DNA of 64,000 nucleotides from Trichosphaerium sp. ATCC 40318. Lineage: Eukaryota; Protista; Tubulinea. Numbering within the stretch: the first letter of the stretch is position 1; each line of letters starts with the position of its first letter. The notes beneath the pieces are model-generated. The model saw nothing but the letters and a program-made list of their open reading frames with translations, made no database searches and had not been told where the DNA came from. This document shows, piece after piece, positions 47,189 to 62,093 of this stretch. A program made the translations under genes and the position numbers. The stretch is taken from positions 434,001-498,000 of the forward strand of contig JALMLS010000304.1 in the NCBI GenBank assembly GCA_038496445.1. Direction: 5' to 3'.

Positions 47189-48751
47189 ATGAAATCTTCG
47201 GGCTTATTCACAAGGCCTGAGTGGATGTTACTGTTTGTCCTTGGGACGCAAGTTCCCATGTATGTTCTTTTAAGATGGTATATGATTTTCGCTTGGTATG
47301 GTTGCTTTTCGATAGCTGCTATACTATCAGGCTACTCTACTCCGTATCTTTGTACACGTGTTTTTCGTTTTTCCCGTTGATAACGCAATTTTCTCTTTAA
47401 CTCCTCAGATTGTCTTGGATAGTAGGTAGTGGCTGTTTAATACTACCTTGGTACTTTCAAAGTATAGGTACGCTATTTTTTTGTTTAAAAGGCTGATATG
47501 CATAGTTCTACGCGCTGTGTATGGTTTGGCTGGCGTAGTTCACTTTTGTAGGATTGTAAACCTCAATCGGCACAGGTACGTTTGCCCGGTTCAAACAACC
47601 CACCATATCCTTTCATCAAGCGTTTGATGGCGATAAAACATGCTTTACTCGCTTTTCCCCGATATTTTTAAAACAAAGTGTTTATAAGCTCCGCAAGTTA
47701 TTTTCGCGGCGTAGACACTTAGGTTATAAACGGTGAATTCCACTTGAACCCATTTATGAAATTTTGAGTTTTAATTGAAAAACTGAATTTCTGTAGGGAG
47801 GAGTTCGCATTAAAGCCGTATTGGTGGAAAATGACATACACCACATTTTATCATGACTTGCGAAACACAATTACTGTACCCAAGCAATTCCATACGCCTT
47901 TCCTTAGACATCTCATTGAGGAGGTAAGCCACGTGAACACCAAAATGTGGAAATATCACAAAATTTACTTTTTGGATTAAGCTCGTTCGAAATGTATTGA
48001 TTATTGCAATTTTTGGTATTGTAATTGAGAACTGGAGTCGAGGATTTGGGCAACACTTTCCCTTACCTATATATTTCTTGGTTAGGTGGAGTTGTTGTGC
48101 TATTTGCGCCTACCACGGGCTATATGTTGTTGACTATTTGTACCGAGTGACACTCATGTTCTTTTGGCAGTGTGATGTTCGTTCTGCTCAAGCCTCGTAC
48201 GTGGATACCTCAAAACTTGTTTTCTAACACCAATGCAGACCTATATCATCTCTGACGCTAAGAGAATTTTGGGGAAAGTACGTACAAATCGTAGAAAATT
48301 TTGACACTTTTTGACATTTTTTTAAAGGCGTTGGAATAATGTCATACAGCGAATACTTGCTGATCACTGCTTCAAACCATTGATTTCTCTCGGATTTAGA
48401 GAATCAGCTATCTTCCTGACATTTATGATAAGGTACGGTACCAACTTCTTTGTTTAGTTGCGGGTTGTAGACATTTGAGTTAACTTGTTTATACCAACTT
48501 CTTTTTCTAGTGGTCTTTTTCACATGTATCCATTGATAATGGTTGGACTTGATTTTTGGTCGTCTGTTTGCATGCTCACTTTTTTTGTCGTTCAGTACGC
48601 ACTCATGGCTTTAGAAAAGACTTGGCGCATAAAGAGCCTCATTTGGACGTGGGTGTGCCTTGGTTTAACACTACCTTTATGCTTTGAGCCGTTAATACGG
48701 TTTTTTGAAGGCGCAAATGGTCATGTATTTTTGGATAATTCTTTGACGTAA
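47189..48751 (+). CDS. MBOAT acyltransferase, wax-synthase-like (MBOAT_2)
   Basis: Multiple TM segments; PISSLTLREFWG.RWNNVIQ; TFMISGLFH with catalytic His. Confidence 0.85.
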
Positions 48752-49022
48752 CACATAATAAAACGATGTTTCAAGCGAGTTTTGCAGTTTTTTCTTTTTT
48801 CAAACTCTGAATCTTCCACGCTTGTTGTAAAAAAGATCGTTTACGCTTTAATGCCGTACAGTGGGTTTACGCGCCTTGTACCGCCAGGACATTTGCGTTT
48901 TTTGCACCCTTCACTAGGCATTCAAGCTTGTACAACGTGTATACTAGCCTGCGCTGTTCTCTTCAACTCGTCCTTTTTTGGTTTGTCAATTGTTTTCTCC
49001 TCTGTTGTCAAAAAAACCACCA

Positions 49023-51204
49023 ATGGCGACCGACAACACATACACAGAAGAGGCGATACTGTGGGCAATGACAGAATACAATATTATAAAGGGCTACGAC
49101 GATTTAGCATCGGGTAAGGCCATTTTTTACAAAAAATTAGGGTTTAGGGTTAAATTGTCATAATTTCATTTATTAGGTGGCTTACATCAAGACGGTGTAT
49201 ACGAATACGCAATTAACAAAGACGACGATGCTAAATATCTCGCGCAACTATTCGTCTTCAAGACAATGCTGCAACCTAGTAAAATAGGGGAGTATGCCAC
49301 ACGCATTTTAAAGGACTTTAGCGAAATTATACCGGAAACTTGGAGTAGAGCTGAAGGCTCCAACTTCTTGGCTATTCTGGAGGAACTTGTTTTCCAGGTG
49401 CGTCAGGACTAAAAAGAAGTGCACTCATTAGCAAGTATAGGCTATTTTATCGCCGTTCGAAAAAGATACTCTTCAATTGGCTGAAGTAGAAAAATATGCT
49501 CTACAACTCCTTCCTCTTTATGGTACTATCCGCTATAACAAAGTTTTTTCTGTCGGTTGTTGGCGGTAATCTAACTTTTTGTTAAAAGAATCGGCGGATG
49601 GGCTAACAGAAGACGATGTACTCAGTGTTTTGCCTACAGAAACACTGGACAGTATGGTTCAAGAAACTAAAGCACTTCTTGAGTGCTTAGACGGCGATCC
49701 AGAACTAGAAAAAGAAGAAACCAGAACATTCCTTGTGGTACGACCGCCCAGCCTTTTTCATCATAGGCCACGTACTTATCTCATATAAATTAGGCTATGA
49801 AAAACAAGCACCGACAAGACCAGTTCAACGTACAAATTACAAGATATCTGCAACCACTTTTTGACTCACATCCAACTACTTTGTTAGAAAAGGTACAAAA
49901 GAAAAATTAATGCCTCCTGACTGTTGTTGACTATTTCTTTAATTAGAAGCTATGTAATAAACGTAATACACACCGTGTAGAACCAAGAGAGCCTATGAGG
50001 ATCTCAGCTCAAGAGCTTAGGGTAAGATAGTTTTCCGAATTCGTCAAAATTTCCTTATTATGCTAATGTATTTGTTCTGTTTTAGGAGTTCAATGCAGAC
50101 ATGGCAGGATATGCTAAAAAACCTACAGATGATATTCTAGCTTTTAAAGCAACAGGCGCTAAAATAGATGAACAAGTACGCTTTTTTTTTGGCGTTTTTT
50201 CCGCTGTTGTTGCAAAAGGTCTGTCTCTTGATAACACCTATTTAACCAACTCTTGGTTCTTTGCTTTTATTGCTATTCATTTCACTTACTCTTTCTAGCG
50301 TTCACAAAGAAAGAGACGAACTACAGATACAGCTATAGTAGAGCTGGAAAATGCATCACAAAATTATTCTAATGCGTAAGTGGTCTTTTAATTAGTAACT
50401 GTAACAATCACATTGCTGATTTGGTTTTTTAGCGTAAACAGGCATGCACCTAGTGCGCTTGAGTATGTACGATCCTCAAAAGAGCAGAGAGGGACTAAAC
50501 GAAGTACTGATAGAAATCAGACAAACCCTACTAATCACGGTTCAAAAGAGCGATCACGTGAAGTACTAGTAGACGAAGACAGGTATTTAGTTTTACTTTC
50601 TTGCTTGTATTAACCTACTTTTGTTTAGAGGCTCACGTGATTCAGATGTTGGTGACTTTTCATCAATAGCAAGTGACACTGAAAGAGGAGTAAAAAGAAA
50701 GAGAAGACGTGTAGACTTAATCGGCGAAACATCTAGTGCGCTAGGCAAGTGTTAAGAAAAAACCAACCTTCGCTGATTTATTGTTTGTAGACTCGCCTAT
50801 GGAACTTGAACCTGTAGCTGATATACAATCAACGAGACGTCGTAAACGAAGATGGCGCCCAGAAGAGACTAGAGATTTACTAAGAGGTATGCCTTGTTTA
50901 AACAAATTGTTCGCGTTTTGCGTGTAAATTATGTACTTACCTTGTAATTTCTAGGAGTGGAAAAGCACGGTATAGGTTGTTGGAAAGAAATACTAAATGA
51001 TGATGAGTTTACCTTTAATGTAAGTCCCAGACATACAACTGTTTTCAAAACAACAAGCTTGCTTTCCTTTTTTTTTCCCTTCGAGAGTTTTGCTTATGTT
51101 TCTTTTTAAAGGGACGAACCAATGTTAACCTTAAAGACAAATGGAGAACAGAAGAGAAACGAAGGGTTAGAAACCAGGTTGAACAAAATTTTAGCGATAC
51201 TTAG
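49023..51204 (+). CDS. Telomere repeat-binding factor-like protein with a single C-terminal telobox Myb domain
   Basis: RRKRRWRPEETRDLLRGVEKHGIGCWKEIL...GRTNVNLKDKWR at the C-terminus; helical acidic N-terminal half and charged linker. Confidence 0.8.
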
Positions 51205-51590
51205 ACAATAACCCACACTTTTGTATGTAAATTAATAATCACATGTTGTTACCTTTATCACCCTTGTATATTTCTCTGCTAGTTGCACTCTAAGTTTATA
51301 AGTATTAATACAAATGCTTATTTGTTACTGTAATTGTCAGTTGTTAGTGTGGTAAGGAAGATGAGAGTTGACTTTCTGAACAAGGTGTTTTTTTTTTTTG
51401 AAGTAGGTATTTGACAAGTCAAAATTCCTCAGAGTCCTTAATCGGATCGCACATAAGTCACGGCTGTTTAAGTTGTTGATTGCTAGCGACTGAGCACACC
51501 GCATACTTATACAACAAAAGGCAAACAAGTGCAATTTTGCCAAAATCCAACCGAAATAATAAAAAAATTGTTTAGTGATTCTGATCCATA

Positions 51591-53473
51591 ATGGACATAT
51601 TGAAGAAACTACCTAATGAGATTAAAGTCGTTTTAGTGACTCACTATGATCAGGATTCTATAAAAAGCCTAAGACTAGTTAATACGTTTTGGAATACAAT
51701 ATGTGGACTATCAAAGCGTTTATGGGTACGCTATAAATAAATAAATACACAATTTGTTTCAAAGCCATCAAAACGATTTTCATAGCGATAATGCTTATCA
51801 CCACGCGTATTAGATACCAGATTTATTACCTTTGTACTACAAAAACTGTATGACGTTTGTCGTTAAGTACACGTACCAAGGAACTGATAAATGTACCTAT
51901 CATTACCTCTTAGTGGTCTTAACAATACCTTTTAAGCCTTCACAAGACGATTCCCACATGGTAGATTTACGTCGTTCCAAGAGTTTTATGAATTCATTCC
52001 CAAAGACAATATCGAAAGCGGCTATTATATCTCTAGAGACTACTCTGTCGACAACTTGGCTAGGGCTCCAATGAACATGTCATACACAGAAGGGTGGAAT
52101 AGGGGTAAGCCACTACTAGCAGGTGTTAGTTTAATGATGATGAAAATAGAATTCCGTGATGTTCAAGCGCAGCACATTTTAGAGCCATTGTATGTGAACC
52201 TAAAGCTACAGCGGCTCTACAAACCTCTATCCACTTTCTTCACGAAGAATACTGGTCTTAAATATGTCCCATCACATGATCATAGCCTTGGTGGTACAGT
52301 AGACCTACCTAAAAAAGGAATATGGAAAGTAAACAATGAATCTGTTCAAGTTGCAATTAAAAACTGTGTATGTCAAAGAAAACATGAACTCTACCTAGCG
52401 AATAGATTTATGGTTGCAAAGTATGTCATCAGTATTCTAATTTCTCAAGTATTTTCAACTCTTTTCTTACTCCTTCCAAAGCACGTTAGACCATCCTAAC
52501 ATCCTGAAATTAAAAGCAGTATCAGTACAACAACTCTTTGATGGTAACACTTATTTTTCGCTGTTAATGGATTGGTTACCATTGGGCAGTATGAATGACG
52601 TCGAGCTATCAATGAAACAAAATATAATTGTCATGAAGCAAGTTATAGACGCACTGATATACATGCATGGTCTTGACGTCATCCACACTGACTTGCACCC
52701 TGGTAAACAATAACAAGACATCCAATCTTTGTGTTACTAAGTACTATCTAGGCAACGTGATGATTTCTTGTTTTCTTCCTCTTCAGATTAAGCTAATAGA
52801 TATTGGAAGTAACAAGCATATCCAAAAAAATTCTTATGTGCATCCGTACGAGGCGTTTTAGTTACCATGGTGTTTTTAACATGTACTTTCTATAGAAGTA
52901 CAAAAATTGGAGAAGAAGAGCTAATATTCGAAGCATTACCACCAATTCTTGCTCCCGAACTATTCCGTGCTACAATTGAGAGAAAACAAGTAGATTTCAA
53001 TAAGACTACGGACGTCTATGCATTTGGAACTCTAATGTAATAGTGCTACTAATCTTATTGTCACGTGTTCTATTTTGTTGACTTGTTTAGGTTTTATCTG
53101 CGGACTGGTTCTAATGATATTGGCGGCCGTTCTTTCTATTACATGGAATATAATGAGTGGCTTCAGGTACTCGAGTTCATTTGAATTTCAAACACTAACT
53201 ATGTTTCATTGTTAGATGCTTATCTCTGGTATCTATAATGATACACTCCTTGAACAGTACAATTTTGGAGAGAGTTGGAAATCGTTGATGCAACAGTGTT
53301 GCAGCCCTCAACAAAAGCGTATGTTCACAATATTATCTTTCTTGCCTTTTTCTGTGTCCAGAATACTAAATATACTTGTCACTAGTTCGCCCTTCTTTTC
53401 AAAGTATCAAGGAAGTTGTAGAACAAGAATCATTTTACACAGAATCGATACAAAATGCGCAATGAGTCAATAA
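51591..53473 (+). CDS. F-box + divergent protein kinase fusion
   Basis: N-terminal LKKLPNEIKVVLVTHYDQDSIKSLRLVNTFWNTIC..KRLW (F-box). Kinase VAIK, LDHPNILKL, IHTDLHPGNVMI, IKLIDIG, LAPE, DVYAFG. Confidence 0.75.
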
Positions 53474-53772
53474 ATATGTTCTTCATTCAATCTTTTATTT
53501 TTAATATTTGGTTAAAACAACCATGCGGAATAAAAAGATTTGAATAAAAATTATAAAATTAATGATAAAAATCCACAAGCTCTTTATCACATTTTAATTT
53601 TTTATTAGTCGGTGTTGGTTTCTAGTACTTTTTTATACACAAAGAAAAAACCCGCGTTCCAACACAACCAAGCACTGACAACCCACCACCAACTAGTTCA
53701 TATTTCTACAGCCAAGAACGACCCAATTACTTTCAATCTTTTTTTTTTGCAACACAATAAAAACCGAGTATT

Positions 53773-56700
53773 CTAAGTCATGTGTGCAGCAAGCTGCAAT
53801 AGTCGAGAATTGATATCACCAGGTAATCTATACTGAATAGTACTTGAGAAGGTAATAATAAGATTACCAGCAGATTGAAGCTCATAGAGTTGCTAAAAAA
53901 GAGTAACAAGTCAGTAAGTTAAAGTTATGAATCTCAAACACATTTTGGAACTCTAAGATGTATATTTTCAAGACGTACATTTTGATCGTTTACAGGCGAA
54001 GCAACACTTGCACGATACAGGGAATATAAACTAGTCATTGTTGCATTTAGAATCTCAGCAAAGTTTCTTTTGATTGGTTCTGATAAAGACTTGAAACTTC
54101 GTTGTCTTGATTCCAATTGCTCTTGTTTGAAAGGAATCAATTGTAGGCTCTTCATTACCTAATTTTTACGCAATCCAGTGAGTACACGTGAATAAAAAGA
54201 CAACACAACAAAGAAAAACATCTTTAACAAATGTATCCAAACAGTACCTCAATAGCTTGAGCATAGTGTTTCTGATAGTAAAAAGCAAAGAACTGAGATA
54301 ACGCCTTCAATTGTGCGAAAACATCCATTACAGATTGCTTTACTTTGCTCAACTCTTCATATGGAGCCTAATAAATAATACAATTAGATCCCAACACCAA
54401 CAGCAGATGTAATACAACAAAGCGACAACGTACCCCAGCAGGACCATTTCGGTACGAATTGTACAACTTGTCTGCGAGTTGGAAGACATAGTCTCTAGAG
54501 GACGATTTTTCAGTCAATGTCATGCCCATACGTGCATTTAATAGTTCAAAGACTTTTTGAAGATTCTGTAGTAAGGTTAGATTCTGTTTGTGTAGAGCAA
54601 CAAAGGATTTCGTGCCTTTGCAAGGTTGTACAAGTGAACTGCGTCTTCAAATTTACCATTCTCTTCGGCACCCATTGCTGTTACTTCAATGATATTGGAA
54701 GCCTCCTCACGACTCACAAAGTTGTGCAAGTGACCGCTCTACACTCCAATGAGTACCACAACAAAACCAACAGAACGAAAAGAAGAACACGTGAAACCAT
54801 AGAACGTACAGTTAGTTTACCATCTGAAAGCACACTTCCAAAGATAATATCATAAGCACTAGTATCAAGTACAATATTCTTAATAAGCTCACGCCTATCT
54901 TTAGCGTCTTTTATTAGGAGAGCATACTCCAATGCCTTAACAAAGTAATTAGCCAATGTATTTGATAGAAGTGAAACCAAAACACGTGTTTTAGACATGG
55001 AAAAAGGGAAAAAAATAAAAGAGTTGCTTGGTAAATAAGCCGAGTACCTTATCAGGTTCTGCCACTGAGAATCGTTGGATATAACGTCGTAACAAGAGTG
55101 GAACACTTAGCGCACTTGGCTGAGTATCATTTAAAAAACCCTCGTGATACAGCGTGATAATAAAATGTAGTGTCTCAACGGGATGGACGCCAGAGTTCGA
55201 TAAGAATTTACAGGCCTACAAAAGTGAACATTAATTAAAGAAGACAAGAGAAACAACTTGAACAACCATAAATTGCCATCTAACTTGTCTTTCTTTTTCT
55301 ACGCAAGCACAAAATAAAATACCATCTTTCGTTGCTTACCTCGTCATATTTTTGAACCATAAGAAGCAATTGGAAGAAGAGTAACTTGTTAATGTTATCA
55401 ACAATACCAATAAACTTAGCTTCAATAGCTCTCAAAGCATTAATATATGGTTCTTCTTCAGTTGATACTATTTTTTGGGTCATGCGCAGCTACAAAAAAC
55501 ATTTAACAAAAAAAATTGTCTCTTTGAACTTAATACAAAGTATGAGCACTTAAAAACAATGGTACATACCAACAACCACATGTGATCTTGAATAAACCAA
55601 CCAAACCAACTAGGTCCACCTTGATAAGACGCTTCAGGATTATATGCACCAAGTATATTATATACAAGTCTCTTGAATGGATCCTGTTGAGTAAGTGCAC
55701 CATTATACTCACTATACATAGCCTCTCTGATACGATCATCAATACTAAGCAACTAATCAGTATTTCATGTCACATTATGCTAAGATGAAAAGGGTTATAC
55801 CGTCCTTTATTCACTCCGTATTGTGTAAGCGCATCCTTGATGAGAGTCAGATTGTTTGCCGTAGCAGCTAAAAAAACGGTTAAATCTAAACACTTTACAA
55901 AAAGAAGATACTGACCTTGTATAGCTCCATCTATAGCACCAGCACGCAAACAAAAGTATATATGTGCCCACTGCGGCTGCTTGGTAACGCCAATCTAATG
56001 GTATATTGAGTACACACCACACAAAGGGCGATAAACGTACTTCAAGTTCAGGAGGGTAATTATGATTGTACAAAACATTGATATACGCAATGGTAATTGC
56101 ATAAACAGAAGGATTACCTCCAAGCTGTGCTTGGCGTTTATTTCTCTCAATCCTATCCTGCATTTGTACAAAGAACCTAAAGAACTAAATCAACCAAAAA
56201 ACCCACCAGCAGGTGAACGAAAAACGAAGCAACAAACTCAAAAAAAAACCCAAAAAAACCGTACTGATACTCCAAAGCTGTAATACACTTTTCGACTCTC
56301 GTTACTATAGGCAATTGGTCGGCAGGTGAAACAGTTCTAAAGGTTACTATTTAATATTGAAAACACTTATTACTCTATATTCGTACTGTGCCTCACAAAT
56401 GAATCGGAGCAACACCCATGTATCATAAATAAGACGAAAGTTCTGGAAAAAAATAATAAGTCAAAAACAAATAAAAAGAAAAAGCTTCTTTTTGAGTAAT
56501 ATCTAGACAAGTACAAGGCAATATTTAGTAAACGTACAGTTTGTTGTTCAGTGCTGGACTGAGAAAACACAGCCATAAAATTATGAGCCAACGGGTTGGT
56601 ACTGCGGTTCTCACTGTGCTCCACCAGTGTATGACGGACAATGCTATGGTATGCCAACATTTTTCGTGACATTGAACTACGTCCAATACCTAAGTAAACA

Positions 56701-57609
56701 TTTTATTATCAAAAGTCAATAGTGTCAAACAATAATTTAATGTGACTTTTCAATTTCAGTGAAACCAATGGAAAAAATCCTTTGAGCGTACCACCAACAT
56801 TACCACCGTAACCGTATCTGTCATGGTCGTTTCCACGTGCACGTGCTATGATAAAAATAAATACAAGTTATAGGCTGTCTTTAATACATACCAGGCGTTC
56901 CATCGATACCAACACGCACTGTACCAGGGGTTCCTGGAGTATCATTTCCCCAGTGATTTCTTTTTGGTGCATCCAAAAACATCTCGTCTGTGTGGTCCAG
57001 CATTTGTAAGAGACGTCTCTTTGTTTGGTCCCATTCTTCTTGTGTCTTTGTGTAGTAATCCAATTGGAAAGAGTCGAGAGTCTTGAAAGTGTCAGCAATG
57101 AAGCGGGAAAAACATTCTCATTTTGATTTTTTTTTTTTGAATAATTCAATAAAGTTATGATTTCTCACGTCTTTTTTTGCTTCATCGATTACTGTCAATA
57201 TGGCGAGTTCGTGTTGATGTTTAAGGTATCCAGGTAAGTCTGTTTTGGGGAGTGGCGCTGGTTCAAGTGTCGCCTTCGAAAAGTTAGTTTTAAGCGTATA
57301 TACGCGTACGTACCTTTAAATCCAAGCTGTTTATCTGATTTCGTAGCTTGTCTGGGTTCCAACCAACTTTAGCGTAAAAGTATTGCCTAACGCGTCGAAT
57401 TAATGACAGCTACGCCAACGCGCGTACGCTTTATTCTCTGTGCGACCCATATCAACTAATTTCTTCTGAGCACGACCGGCCAAGTCCCTAGATATAGCAG
57501 CAATCTGTTCAGGGTTCCTATGAATTTGCAAAGCTTCATCGATGGTATTAGCATTCAAACTAAGCGCCTCTTGGAGGAGATTGTCCAGAGTACTCGCAGG
57601 CTGCTCCAT
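53773..57609 (-). CDS. NUP93: Nucleoporin Nup93/Nic96
   Basis: LQIHRNPEQI, TDLPGYLKHQHELAILTVIDE, WDQTKRRLL, WAHIYFCLRAG, DPFKRLVYNILG, IQDHMWL, C-terminal ITFSSTIQYRLPGDINSRL. Confidence 0.92.
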
Positions 57610-57698
57610 GTATGTTTAATATGTCAAACAATAATTTCAGCGGGAAATGAAAAAAAAGTCGCATTTCGTCTGCAGAGAAAAACTTTCGATTCACTGCA

Positions 57699-58915
57699 AT
57701 GGCAACAAATAAACGGTTTTTATCAAAGGTTGTTCTTGTAGTGGGAGGGTCAACTGGTACGTTTTAAAAAGAACATTTAATGGTTCTGACACCGTGACAG
57801 GTATTGGTTTTGCGTCAGCACAACGCGCATGCACAGATGGCGCGTCAGTTGTAATTTGTTCAAACGATAAAGCGAGTTTGGACCAGGCGCTTCAAACGCT
57901 ACAAAAAATAGGCACAGCAGAAGGCATGTATTCTAAATACCTCTAAACGCGAGTTAAAAAACAATTAACAGACCTTAGCTTATCTTGGTGATGTCACAAA
58001 AATCAAGGACATGGAAGACTTGGTAACTAAATAGAATAAACCTGACTCATTTGACACTTACAATTTGCAATTATCAGGTTAAATTTACTGTTAAGACATA
58101 TGGTAAACTTGACATGATGGTGTACTCTGCTGGCATTCAAACGTTAGTATAAGAGTTTTATGACAAGCTTGTATTTCTAACCGACAGCTTTATAGCTATG
58201 GGACTGTTGTTAACACAAGCGAAGAAACATGGGTAACACATCTTTTTGCATGTCTTCAGTTTCTTATTTTAAATGGGTTGTAGGACGCAACACTACAGAT
58301 TGGATTGAAAGGTGCATTCTTAGTGTCAAAATACGCCGTTCCAGAAGCATGCGCTCGTAAATAATAGCTTTCTATGTTAATTGGTGTTATCTAGATCGCC
58401 AAACAAGGAGGTGGCTCTATAGTACTTGTATCTAGTGTGCAAGGTATTGCATGTCAACCAAATGTCGCAGCGTACGTAATATCAGGCTCTCATAAGCACC
58501 TTCTGATTGAGGCTAAATTGGCTCAATAGCTATGCAGCGTGTAAAGGAGGTGTAATTGCATTATGCCGCGCTATGGCTCTAGATCACGTGCGTGTGGTAA
58601 AGTAGTTCAAATTCTAATGGGTTTTTGATACAGGCGAAGCAAAATATTAGAGTTAATTGTATTTGTCCTGGTGCAGTAGATACACCAATGCTTAGAGGAT
58701 CTGCAGAATTATCGAGAGGGGAAAAAACAGTCGATGAGACATTGGATGAATGGGGATCGAAGCACCCATTAGGTCGCCTAGGACAAGCTGAAGATATTGC
58801 GAATCTTGTTACTTTCCTGCTCTCGGAGGAAGCAAGAAATATTACAGGATCTGAGATGAAGATTGATGGTGGTTTATTAGCTGCTTTGAGTATTGGCGGG
58901 TTTGATACCAAGTGA
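57699..58915 (+). CDS. Classical short-chain dehydrogenase/reductase (SDR)
   Basis: VVLVVGGSTGIG, SIVLVSSVQG, YAACKGG (YxxxK), IRVNCICPGAVDTPM, NITGSEMKIDGG. Confidence 0.95.
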
Positions 58916-59139
58916 ATAAATACTGTTTTCATTTGCTAATCACAAGAATTATTTAAGAATTAGTACATTTGTTGTTGGAGTACCAATCATTTCCTAATCA
59001 AAACAAAAGTGGAATTTCTAGAGAGGTGATTATACTTCTTATTTGATACCATTAAGAAGAAAGTGACAACGATTGTGAACTATTAAAAAAACTATATTTA
59101 CATTTCTTGTTTTTGCGGTTACAGCAATTATTATTAGTG

Positions 59140-62093
59140 TTACAAAATTTCTACATCTATTCCATAACACAAAGCTAGAGCAAATCTAATTCTTTTGTAG
59201 TATATCCTCGGAATTTTAAAATTGTGGATTGCATGGAATCAACCCTAACATACAGTTAAATAAGAGAAGGAAACTGGTTGATGTTGCTACCTTTCGAAAG
59301 TGTATTTACATGTTTGTTTAAACCTTTGCACTGTCGCCATTAGCTCACCCAAACGAACTAATTTGCCCATATTAATGCTTCCATCCTTTTCGTTAAAGGC
59401 TGTAAGACCTTCTTCAAGCATTGTCAAGTCTCGTAAAAACAGACCTAAGAAAAAAGTAAGAAATAAAACCAACTATTTAGAAAAAAACCCATTGCTCGAA
59501 CTTACCCAAATACGGAATAGTAGGTCCATCTGCACCACGTAGTACACTACGGTATCTTGAAAAATTGTTACTGGCTTCCATTGTCTTGTTCAAGTTATCA
59601 AACTTGGAACGTAATTTGGAGTTTAATGCCTAAATCAATATTTAGCTATTTGTTTACTAGAACTCATATTAAGTTTTTTTCGTACCTTCCACACTGGTAA
59701 ACGGCTAACTACATGCATATTAAGCCCTGCAATAATTTGCATAGCACCATCGAAGTTGTTCAATTGAAGCAGTTTATCTAAGCGCTTGTTAGTTAAGGTA
59801 AAAAGAAAATACGAATTTAACAAGAAAACGAACAAACGTTCGTGTCATACAACATACCTGCAACATTAATAAAAAATTTGAGCGTCTTCTTTTGTGCTTT
59901 AGAATCACGGGTTTCTTTTACTACTTTACACACCCACAGGCTCATCTAAAAAACCCTTTTTAGCATTAAAAAACAGACTCAAATCTGCGAGCCAAAAAAA
60001 AAGACGAACCCTGTTAAAATTCTCAATGACGCGGTTTAATACAGGTAGTTGCTCTTTAGAGCAATCTTTACTCCAACGGCATTTTAATAGACCATCAAGC
60101 TCTATATTCTTGAAAAGTTCCATGCCAAAAATAGTCAACTAATACACAAAACAGTCAGTATTGATTCTCGCACTTTTCTTTCAATTTTAACGAACCTGTT
60201 GAGCAAACTCAACCTCATCTAGATCCAATACACTCCTTAATTGGTGTTGTCTTCGTATTAATGGGAAGCGTGGAGAAGAAGGGACATAAGAACGTATTTG
60301 TTCTTCCCACTGACGTAGTAATTGAGCTTCTGAAGTATAACCATCTTTCAGTATTCTTTCGGCCTAATGTTTCTATGAGCAATCAAACAGCTGATAGGCC
60401 CTTCTTCTCCGGAGTTGTACGTACAAAGATAGATATAGAACGCCTACAACTTGTTTCACTCTTACGTTGCCACTCAGCCACAGGCATAGAGAGGATAAAA
60501 GAGCACAAGAAGTTGATAATCTTTACACGTTGATCGCCAGTATGGTTTTTGTATAAAGTAATACAATGCTTAACAAGCATTTGTGACGTTGTATCGAATG
60601 CTCTTTAAAAGAATAGTGTGAGATTGACTATCTCGGTTGAATTCTTATGTACTTACTGGTAGGTGAGAAAAAATTTGTTCAGTTCAAGACGTGAATAAGG
60701 TAGAAGTGCAAGCGAAGTGACCAAATCTAAAAACAGGGACAAAGTTACAAAACAAACCACTTTAATTTGTTTTCTAAAAGTACCTCTCATTGACATTGGC
60801 GGAAGATCTGCGATACTCATAGATAGTGGCATAGTTGAAGGAACTCTATTTAATAACCCAAATCAGCTAAAATAGCAACAGAGTACGAGAAATTGAACAA
60901 AAAATCAAAAATCAGAAAATACGGTGTTTAAAAAAACTACACAGGAGAATCTAACTCCTATTTACCTTGGTGTTGCACCCGCTGGATTATTAAGTGATAC
61001 AAGCCTTCTATGTGACTTTTTAGAATCTACACGTTCATGTAAGCGTTGTGACAAAAATACTACAAAGAAATCGGTAATTACACTTACTATGTTTCGCTTT
61101 TGCTACTTTTTTCTTCGCCCCGAAACTTGCACGTCTTTGTGATCTCTAAATAGCAAAAAAGGTTAACGATCAAATTTTTTTTTCAATTTCGTTTAGATTT
61201 GGTATTTTGAGGATAAAAACAAAGCGTACAGGTGTAGTCGTGCGATAAGGCGATGTTACGCTTGGTCTAGAGGTATTTGGTGGTTGAGGTAACTGTTGAG
61301 CAGTAGCTGCTAAATTTAAACATCAATACCAAAATAAAACAAAGGAATAGGTTAACAAAGGCTAACGGGTTGGTGACGACACTTTTTTGTGAAGTTTTCT
61401 TTTTTTGGTTGTTCAGAATATTGATCAAAAATAGAAAACCGTTTGTACCTCTTCGAAAACGTTGAGTTTTACTTCTAGAAACGCTATTACGTGACCGACG
61501 TTTTCTACTCATGGTAGTCACTGACGATTTCTTTTTAGACGATTTACGGCGTTGAGTTTGACGACGAGAAGGTGATGTGTTAGGAGAGTCGTTTGTCTTT
61601 GGTGGTGATAATTGGTGTCGTCGAGTCGGAGAAAGCTATTGAGAAAGGTTAATCACATATTTTACCGAAATGCTTTAGGCGTTTTGAAATAAAAAGTCTT
61701 ACATGATGCTTTCTTTTTTTATGAGGTGTAACGTTCATCGTCAGCGATTCAATATTGGTATGAGTTCTGAATAACCGCATATCGATCGGTTTCTTCTTTG
61801 CTGGTTTGTATGGAGATAAAGTCATGCTGCTAAAGGTGGCAGAGATCATTTTCTGCGTTGGGGTGTATTTTGAAGAGTTATGAGGAGATACAATCGGTGC
61901 GGAAGCACGTTTGTTTGGAATTGTTATAGAACGCCTTCTAGGACTACTGTATATGTGTTAGGCAACTCTACTACTGCACAAACACCAAACTAATCGTTAC
62001 AACTTACTCTCTTCTTGTAGATCGTGTAGCACGAGCGCTATTAGTAACTAACTGTTCGGTCATTGGATCATACTTGAACTTGTGCCTTCTCAT
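59140..62093 (-). CDS. RasGEF (REM + CDC25 domain) with basic low-complexity N-terminus
   Basis: FFLTYRAFDTT, RVKIINFLCSF, EFAQQLTIFGMELFKNI, IENFNR, LNNFDGAMQIIAGL, IPYLGLFLRDLTMLEEG, INMGKL. Ends approximate. Confidence 0.9.
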
